Origin: an uncultured delta proteobacterium
GTDB taxonomy: Bacteria; Myxococcota_A; Polyangia; Polyangiales; Polyangiaceae
DNA length: 64,000 bases
Assembly: GCA_963806225.1 (NCBI GenBank)
Contig: CAWDXG010000004.1
Coordinates: 5,376,001 to 5,440,000 of the forward strand
Reading direction: 5' to 3'
Shown here: positions 57,260 through 64,000 of the stretch, piece after piece
Layout of the letters: every line of letters starts with the position of its first letter
How positions within the stretch are numbered: the first letter of the stretch is position 1
The notes under the pieces: model-generated
What the model was told of the DNA's origin: nothing
Databases searched by the model: none
What the model saw: only the letters and a program-made list of their open reading frames with translations
Position numbers and translations under genes: made by a program

Positions 57260-58396
57260 CTACAGCACTTCGCCGGTGAAATCGCCGCGCAGATCGACGG
57301 GGCCGTCGAGGGGCGGGCGCTGCATGCGGCCGAGGGCGCTCTTGCGGGCGCGGGGAAGCACGCCGGCGAGGCGTGCGGCCAGCGCGTCGGAGACGGCGAG
57401 GCCCAGGGCGGCGACGGAGCTCTCGAGCGATGCGAGCGCGGGCGCGGGATCGCCGACGACCTGGACGTGCAGGTTGCGCCCGATGGGCGGCAGTACCAGC
57501 GGGCCGCCCGCTTCGTCGAATCCGACGGCGCCCTTGCCGGCCGCGAACAGCTCGGAGGCGTACAGTACGCTGTCCCGGTAGCGGGTCTGGTCGGCGAGCT
57601 CCTCGGGCGAGAGCGTGCCGCGGGGGACGTCGTGCCCGAACCGGGCCAGCTGCTTGACCAGGAGCTCGACGAAGCGGCGCGCTGCTTCCGCGTCACCGGC
57701 AAAAAGGCACAGCCGCGGACTGAGACAACCGCGCTGGTCGAAGGCGGTCACGTCCTCGGCGAGGTGGAGCGCGGCGCTGGCGAGCGCGCGGTCGCGTTCG
57801 GGCCCCGCCGCGGGCGGCTCGACGACCGCGACGCCGATGCCCGCGCCGTGCGCATGCAGCACCACGCCGGCCGGCAGCTCGGCCCCGAGCGCAGCGATCG
57901 TCTCGTCCGAGCCGTAGGCCCAGACGTGGTCGCCCGGATCCGGCGCCAGGTCCTCGACCAGGTGGAATGCGCCGTGGCTGCCTTCGTGGAGCAGCGCTGC
58001 CATCTCCGGCTCGCGGCGCGAGGCGCGCACCTTCACCCGGGCCGACGCTGCCAGTCCGATAGCGATGGCGCGGTGGGCAGCGATAAACACGTTGGCCGAG
58101 AGCAGCACGTGAGCCCGAGGCACCGGCGGCGTGCTCGCGCAGAGCGCGGCGAGCTCCTCCGACGACGGTTCGGTCTCCAGGCAATGGCAAAGTGCGTATT
58201 CGACACCCTCGCGGCTGAGCCCGGTGGCGGCCGGCAGCACGTCCCGCGCTCGCGCGCCGAGCGGATCGCCCGCGTCGGCGATGCGGCGGGCCGCCTCGAG
58301 CAGCCGCTCGATGCGTGCGAGCCGCACCGGCATCGGCTCGGGCGGAGCGAGCGACGGGTAGCTGGTGCGCGAGGCGGGCGGGTAGTCAGTCGGCAT
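57260..58396 (-). CDS. Acyl-CoA/acyl-protein reductase, LuxC-like
   Basis: TGLS, ANV, YGSDET, HG.G, FDQRGCLSP catalytic Cys motif. Confidence 0.8.
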   Translation of the reverse strand: MPTDYPPASRTSYPSLAPPEPMPVRLARIERLLEAARRIADAGDPLGARARDVLPAATGLSREGVEYALCHCLETEPSSEELAALCASTPPVPRAHVLLSANVFIAAHRAIAIGLAASARVKVRASRREPEMAALLHEGSHGAFHLVEDLAPDPGDHVWAYGSDETIAALGAELPAGVVLHAHGAGIGVAVVEPPAAGPERDRALASAALHLAEDVTAFDQRGCLSPRLCLFAGDAEAARRFVELLVKQLARFGHDVPRGTLSPEELADQTRYRDSVLYASELFAAGKGAVGFDEAGGPLVLPPIGRNLHVQVVGDPAPALASLESSVAALGLAVSDALAARLAGVLPRARKSALGRMQRPPLDGPVDLRGDFTGEVL

Positions 58397-59552
58397 GGCC
58401 CTGCACGAGAGCTTCGACGGCAAGCGAGCAGCCGCGGGCCGGCGCGCCCGGCCGGCGGCCGAACAGCTCGATCCCGCCGCCGCGGCGCCGCACCAGATCC
58501 TGCACGACGATGGCGACGGCTGAATCGACGTTGCCCAGGTCGACGATGCGGGCCAGGCCCGTCTCTCCCTCGGCGAGCGGCTTGAGCGTGGCGGGATCGA
58601 CCGGCACGACGCGCAGCCAGGGCGGCTCCAGGTACACGCCGGGCTCGCCGTCGAGCGCGCCACCGGGCAGCGTGCCTTCGTAGAGCTGGCTCGACAGCTC
58701 CGTCATGCCGTACTCGCCGACGACCTGCGCGGGACGGATGCGGAAGGCGCGCGCGACCGCGCGGCGGAGCTTGTCGGGTTCGACGCTGCGCGTCCTGCCC
58801 TTGAAGCCACCGGTTTGCATCACGACCGTACGCTTGGGCGCGGGGAGCTTCGCGCCGGCCAGCGCGTCGAGCAGGAGGACCAGTGCGAACGAGGTGGCGA
58901 GCACCAACAAGGGCTCCTGCCGCTCCTGGGCGACGAGCGCCGCACGTCGCAGGCCACCGACGTCGACGCCGCTCGTGCTGGCCAGCCAGCGCCCCGACGA
59001 TTCCGGATCGAACTCCGCACCGGAGGGGTCGACGGCGAGCGCGCGTCCGTCGAACTCCTGCATGAACGCCCGCATCATGAAACCGAGCGACGAGCTGGTC
59101 GGTTCTCCGGGGGGCGGCGCCAGTGCCACCACGACGCGGCGGCCGGGCCACGCGGAGGCCAGCGCGCGCTTGCCGAAAGAAAGCGACAGCTCGCGGTAGG
59201 TGCGCGTGGTGCGCATGGCGTGGGTGCCGCGCGCGGAGCCGGTGGTGCCGCTGGTGACGAAGCGGACCGCGTCCAGCTCCGGCGGGTGCGCGGCGACGCG
59301 CGTCAGCCGGAAGGCATCGCTCGGTACGGCGGGGATCGCGTCGAGCCGGTCGAGCCCCGGGCTCCTGGCCTCGACGAGGCGGCGGAAGCCGGGGGACCAG
59401 CGCGCCTGGAAGCGGGCGATGTCGATGGCCAGGCGCTCGTAATCGTCCGTTTCCGGCGCCTCGCCACGGGCGAAAGCGCGCACCCGCGCGTGCAGCGCGT
59501 CGCTCTCTCTGACGATGCGTTCCGGGTCGGGATTTTCGACGCTGGTGCTCAA
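58386..59552 (-). CDS. Acyl-protein synthetase, LuxE-like
   Basis: IPAVP..AF, F.TSGTT, MQTGGFKG, EYGMTELSSQ.Y, DL.N..S..AI..QD, GR.....RGCS; TTG start inferred. Confidence 0.85.
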   Translation of the reverse strand: MSTSVENPDPERIVRESDALHARVRAFARGEAPETDDYERLAIDIARFQARWSPGFRRLVEARSPGLDRLDAIPAVPSDAFRLTRVAAHPPELDAVRFVTSGTTGSARGTHAMRTTRTYRELSLSFGKRALASAWPGRRVVVALAPPPGEPTSSSLGFMMRAFMQEFDGRALAVDPSGAEFDPESSGRWLASTSGVDVGGLRRAALVAQERQEPLLVLATSFALVLLLDALAGAKLPAPKRTVVMQTGGFKGRTRSVEPDKLRRAVARAFRIRPAQVVGEYGMTELSSQLYEGTLPGGALDGEPGVYLEPPWLRVVPVDPATLKPLAEGETGLARIVDLGNVDSAVAIVVQDLVRRRGGGIELFGRRPGAPARGCSLAVEALVQGHAD

Positions 59553-59560
59553 ACCGGGGC

Positions 59561-60922
59561 CTAACCGTGGACCGCTTCGCGGAGTGCCAGAGCGGCGCTT
59601 GCGAGCAGCGCTTCGGCGATGTTCAGCGGCGGCGTGAGCACCACGACTTCGCGGTTGCCCCCGCCGCTGGACGCGATGTAGCCGCACTCCAGCAGTGCGC
59701 GCATCAGCCGGGGCGCGCCGCCCGCCCGGCTCTGGACGTCGATGCCGATCATCATGCCCGCGCCGCGCACGGCGTCCACGCCGGGCAATCCGTGGAGCGC
59801 TTCGCGGAGCGCCGCGAGCCAGTCGGTTCCCACGCGGGCTGCGCGCTCGACGAGGTGCTCGCGTGAGATCACGTCGAGCGTCGCGATCGCGGCGCAGCAG
59901 GCGAGCGGCGCTCCAGCGAAGGTGGAGGTGTGCACGACCTCGGGCTCGCGGCGCCACGCCTGCATCACGGCTTCGCTGCCGAGGCACGCGCTGATCGGAA
60001 GCCCGCCGCCGAGCCCCTTGCCGAGGCAGATCAAGTCCGGGTGCACACCCTGGGCGACGGAGTAGAGCAGATGGCCGGTGCGTCCGAGGCCGCTCCATAT
60101 CTCGTCGGCGATGAAGAGCGCGCCCGCGGCTCGCGCAATCGCCGAGAGCTCCCTCAGGAAATCCGGCGGCGGCGGCAAGCACCCGCCGCGCCCCAGCACC
60201 GGCTCGATCAGGACGGCGCCCACGTCGCCGCGCGCGAGCTCGAAGCGCACCCGCTCGAGGGAGGCATCGGCTTCCGCCGTCGTGGACGGGTAGTCCACGA
60301 AGCGCACGGCCGGATTGAGCTGCGGCAAAAAAGGCTCGCGGTAGCCCGCCCTCAGGGCGGTGGTGGCAAGCGGCCCGTACGAAAGCCCGTGGTAGCTGCC
60401 CGAGAAGGCGACGACGCCGGGCTTGCCGGTCGCCAGCATCGCGGTCTTGAGTGCGGCGCTGACCGCGTCGGCGCCGGACTGGCCGAGGATCACGCGGGCG
60501 CCTGGCTCGGGGAAGAGCGCGACCAGGCGGTCCGACAGCGCGATTTTCGGCTCCGACGGGTACACGTCGCCGAGCGCCTGCAGCAGCCGCGGCGCCTGCA
60601 GCTCCAGCACCTTGAGGATGCGGGGATGCGCGTGCCCGAGCAGCAGCGCGCCGAAGCCGGCAGCGAGGTCGACGTAGCGATTGCCGTCAACGTCGATCAC
60701 GTTGGAACCCTTGCCGGTCGCGTAGACGATGCTGCCGGCGGGCACGTCGGCCCGGACGACCTTGCTCAGGCCGCGCGCCGCCGCGGGCCCCATCGGCGCG
60801 CTCGCGCGCGCGGCGCGCGTGAGCCAGGTGCGCGACTGCGGTCCCGGCGGCTTGACGCGGATCGTCGGTTCGTCATTGCCCGGATCGACCTCGGGCGGCG
60901 GAGGGATCTCGCTGAAGCTCAT
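59561..60922 (-). CDS. Class III PLP-dependent aminotransferase
   Basis: DVDGNRYVD, SG.DAV..ALK, YHG, EPV.G.GG, DEIWSGLGRTG, GKGLGGG, STF.G. Confidence 0.9.
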   Translation of the reverse strand: MSFSEIPPPPEVDPGNDEPTIRVKPPGPQSRTWLTRAARASAPMGPAAARGLSKVVRADVPAGSIVYATGKGSNVIDVDGNRYVDLAAGFGALLLGHAHPRILKVLELQAPRLLQALGDVYPSEPKIALSDRLVALFPEPGARVILGQSGADAVSAALKTAMLATGKPGVVAFSGSYHGLSYGPLATTALRAGYREPFLPQLNPAVRFVDYPSTTAEADASLERVRFELARGDVGAVLIEPVLGRGGCLPPPPDFLRELSAIARAAGALFIADEIWSGLGRTGHLLYSVAQGVHPDLICLGKGLGGGLPISACLGSEAVMQAWRREPEVVHTSTFAGAPLACCAAIATLDVISREHLVERAARVGTDWLAALREALHGLPGVDAVRGAGMMIGIDVQSRAGGAPRLMRALLECGYIASSGGGNREVVVLTPPLNIAEALLASAALALREAVHG

Positions 60923-60955
60923 CGGTGCAACGCGCCGGCGGCGCGCAGAGGCGGA

Positions 60956-61852
60956 TCAGGAGCAGACCCGGTTCCGCCCGCCGCGCTTGGCCTCGTACAG
61001 CTTCTCGTCGGCTCGCTGGATCAAGTCCGTGGCCGTCTTGTCATCGGGGCTGAGCAGCGCACAGCCGATGCTGATGGTGACCGGGATGCGCTCGTTCTGG
61101 AACACGAAGCTGTTCTCGGCGCAGCGCGAGCGCAGGTTCTCGGCGAGCGCCGTGGCGCCTTCGAGCGGCGTTTCCGGCAGCACAATCACGAATTCCTCGC
61201 CGCCGTAGCGGGCGAATACCTCGTCGCGGCGGATGCGGCCCTGCACCACCTTGGCCAGTTCGCGCAGCACGTAGTCGCCCGCGAGATGGCCGTACTGGTC
61301 GTTGATGCGTTTGAAGAAGTCGATGTCGAACATCACCACGCTGAGCTCGCGCTCGTGGCGGCGCGCGCGGATGACCTCGCGCTCGAGCGCTTCGTACAGG
61401 TAGCGCTTGTTGTGGATCTGCGTCAGACCATCGACGATGGTCATGCGGTAGATCTCCTCGTGGTACTTCGCCTCGGCGTCGGCACCGGAGAGGAACTTGA
61501 GGATGGTCGGTCCGACCTTGATGCGATCGCTGTTGTTGAGCAGCTGTTCGTGCGGGATCTGCTCTTCGTTGACGTAGGTGCCGTTGGTGGAACCGTCGTC
61601 GACCACGTGCCAGACGGCGCCGCGCCGCTCGAGGTGGGCGTGGCGCCGCGACACCGAGTCGCCTTCAAGCACGATGTAGTTGTCCGCTCCCCGCCCGATC
61701 CGTACCGGATTGCGGTCGAGCACGAAGCGCTTGCCGAGCAGCCCCGGCTCCTTGGTGTAGATGACGACTACGCAGTCGTTGCCGCCGCCGCCGTCGTCCG
61801 GGGGACGCTGCACGACCTGGGTGACCCGCGTCTTCTCGTCGAACTCGCTCAC
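60956..61852 (-). CDS. FHA-GGDEF diguanylate cyclase
   Basis: FHA motifs IGR, VSRRHA, STNGTYVN; DGLT..HN, DIDFFK.IND.YGH..GD, RYGGEEF. Confidence 0.9.
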   Translation of the reverse strand: MSEFDEKTRVTQVVQRPPDDGGGGNDCVVVIYTKEPGLLGKRFVLDRNPVRIGRGADNYIVLEGDSVSRRHAHLERRGAVWHVVDDGSTNGTYVNEEQIPHEQLLNNSDRIKVGPTILKFLSGADAEAKYHEEIYRMTIVDGLTQIHNKRYLYEALEREVIRARRHERELSVVMFDIDFFKRINDQYGHLAGDYVLRELAKVVQGRIRRDEVFARYGGEEFVIVLPETPLEGATALAENLRSRCAENSFVFQNERIPVTISIGCALLSPDDKTATDLIQRADEKLYEAKRGGRNRVCS

Positions 61853-62183
61853 GGGTGGGCAGCCTCCCCGTTGGGCAGGTCGGGCAGGCGCCGGGCGGCG
61901 TACCTCACTGATGCGCCTGGCGGCACACCTGGGCACGTGGCCGGCGTTCGACCGCGTTCAGCGGGTTCCCATGCTGGTCGCATGCAGTCTTTCAAGTGAC
62001 CACGCTAGCTCTGCCCTATTTCTCGCGTCAAGCGGGCGTCTGGCGCCGGCCTCCAGCCTGTAGTCTGGCCGCTCCGGACGGGTCGAGCCAGCGAGAGCGT
62101 GCCACCCAGCGGTGTCGGCCGGCCTCCGGGCCTGTCACCTGGGGCTGGACCCAGCCGGGACCAGTGTCGATGCTGGCCGGGTC

Positions 62184-62690
62184 ATGGTCACGATCGAGCA
62201 CGGCTGCGTGGAAGTCTATACGTACAAGGAAGGGCTCCTGGGCCGCGCCGCGCACGATCTCCGGATAACGGTGGACGGCTTCCGCATCGAGGGCACCCCG
62301 GAGCACCTCGAGGCCAGCTTCGACATCCGGAGCTTCCGCGTCGACGGCGCGATGCGGGATGGGCGGCTCGACGAGCGCGCGCTCGGCGAACGCGACAGGC
62401 GCGACATCCTCGACAACATCTGGAACAAGATCCTGCACGCCGATCGCCCGCTGCGTTTCGAGGGCAAGGCCGAGCTCGAGGGCGGCGGCTACCGCGTCGC
62501 GGGTGAGCTGGAGATGGCGGGGCAGCGCCGGCCGCTCGCGCTGTTGCTGGGGCTGTCGCGGGATCGCCTACACGGCGAAGTGGAGCTCACGCCGTCGCGC
62601 TGGGGCATCAAGCCGTTCAAGGCGTTGATGGGCGCGATCAAGCTGCAGGACCGCGTGCGCGTGCGCTTCGATCTTCCTGCGTCGGAATAG
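62184..62690 (+). CDS. YceI-family protein
   Basis: GLL...AHDL, GIKPF....GA.KL.D.V.V.FD. Confidence 0.75.
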   Translation: MVTIEHGCVEVYTYKEGLLGRAAHDLRITVDGFRIEGTPEHLEASFDIRSFRVDGAMRDGRLDERALGERDRRDILDNIWNKILHADRPLRFEGKAELEGGGYRVAGELEMAGQRRPLALLLGLSRDRLHGEVELTPSRWGIKPFKALMGAIKLQDRVRVRFDLPASE

Positions 62691-62781
62691 CGGCGAGGCC
62701 GCCGCGGGCAGAACAGAAGACCCGACACGCCGTCACGGACATGGCTGGACGAAGTCTACTGTATGTGCCACTCCGGGCTGC

Positions 62782-62991
62782 ATGGGACTGCGCCTGCTCG
62801 CCGCCGTGCTGGCCGTCGCGGCGATGGGCTGCCCGGGCTCGTCGTCTTCCGGACGCGGGGCGCCACCGGAGCACTGCACGAAGATGGGCGAGCGTTGCTC
62901 GCTCGGCAAGGGCGTGCTCGGCGTGTGCAGCGAGAGTCACTGTGCACCCGGTCAGCAGCCGCCCTGCATCCGCTGCACGGGCCAGCACTGA
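62782..62991 (+). CDS. Small Cys-rich lipoprotein
   Basis: Lipobox AMGC; six further Cys in 69 aa. Confidence 0.6.
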   Translation: MGLRLLAAVLAVAAMGCPGSSSSGRGAPPEHCTKMGERCSLGKGVLGVCSESHCAPGQQPPCIRCTGQH

Positions 62992-63038
62992 CCGCAGCTT
63001 CACGCGCACCGGGCGGGCTCCTGGTTGCGGTTGGACCG

Positions 63039-64000
63039 CTATTCGGCGGCGGCCTGGTCCAGGCCGGACAGCAGCGGCGGAACCCAACCGCCGAGCGCCC
63101 GCTCGAGCTCCATCGCGACCGCGATCGTCACGTGGTCATTTCCGTGCCGCGAGATCACCTGTACGCCGAGGGGCAGCCCCGCGGCATTGAGCCCGAGCGG
63201 CACCTGCGTGGAGGGCAGCTCCAGCACGTTCATGATGCCGAGGTAGGCCCAGGGCATGTGCAGCCGGAGGGCCTGCTTCACCGGCTCGTTGTGCCGCGGC
63301 GCGGGCGAGCTGTGAGACGGGTAGAGCAACACGCCATCCGGGCCGAGCATCTCCACGATCTCCGTGCGCAGCTGGCGTCCGAGGTCGATCAGACGCCGGG
63401 CCATGCGCGGCGCCAGCTTGGGCAGTGGATCGATCAGCGCCAGCAGGCTGGCCATCAGCGTGTGGTCCGAAGCACGCACGCTCCACTTGGCGATCTCGAA
63501 GAGCGGCCGGATCGGCTTTCCCTCTCCCAGCAGCTCGCCGAAGGGCGTGCCGCGTGCGGCGCCCATCATCGCCGACCAGATGTCGAACTGCTTCTCGAGC
63601 GCCGCGAAGCGCACGCGGCTCACGCGCATGCCGCGCGCTTCAAGCGCCCGGACTGCGCGCTCCTGCGCCGCGCGGAGGTCGTCGCTCACGTCGATGGCGC
63701 CGTTGTCCTCGACGTGGAGCAGCGTGCGCCCCTCGAGCCGCACTTCCGCGGGGTCCCCGAGCGGAAATCTCCTTGCAGCCCTCGTCGATGCCGTCCGGGC
63801 CGGCGAGGATGCGGAGCAGCGGCATCAAATCCGCGGCCTTGCGCGTGAGGGGGCCCGTGGTGAGGTAGCGGAGCACCTCGTTCTCGGCCATCGGGTACTG
63901 CCCTGAACCGGGGACGAGCCCGCCTGTCGCCTTGTGACCGAACACGCCGTTGAAGAACGCCGGGCCGCGGATCGAACCGCCCACGTCCGAGCCCAGCCCG
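63039..64000 (-). pseudogene. Amidase-signature (FAAH-like) enzyme, 3' part, with a frameshift near 63766
   Basis: GSDVGGSIRGPAFFNGVFGHK in one frame; PLGDPAEVRLE...LPLGVQV in the next frame; 5' end outside the window. Confidence 0.75.

Noticed and set aside
57260..59552. Bioluminescence (lux) operon
   Set aside because: No luxA/luxB luciferase or luxD transferase lies nearby.

Overview
High-GC bacterial chromosomal window. The abundance of Gly/Thr-linker and Cys-rich lipoproteins, a zinc-ribbon/TPR protein and an FHA-GGDEF protein suggests Myxococcota, probably Polyangiales-like (inference only). It holds about 55 CDS and two tRNAs (Arg-UCU, Ser-GCU). Housekeeping-type genes include uppS, creB/creC-like, sixA-like, sspB-like, sppA, orn, ruvC and lolA. 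No integrase, transposase, reverse transcriptase or CRISPR array was seen. Most notable: (1) a ~2.55 kb tandem duplication of a two-lipoprotein operon (23672-26216 / 26217-28807). The copies look identical except for a ~900 bp block with about 40 amino-acid changes in a putative beta-propeller, and the junction fragments differ from the intact flanking genes only at synonymous sites. This looks like an allele-diversified surface-receptor cassette. (2) A radical-SAM tetraether-synthase (Tes/GDGT-MAS)-like gene. (3) A luxE/luxC-like fatty-acid reductase pair without luxAB, co-oriented with a class III aminotransferase and an FHA-diguanylate cyclase. (4) A RegB/RegA pair downstream of a YtkA-like/beta-barrel/cytochrome c operon with RegA-type boxes in its promoter. 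(5) Decayed island-like debris next to tRNA-Arg. All protein family calls come from motif recognition by eye; no searches were run.
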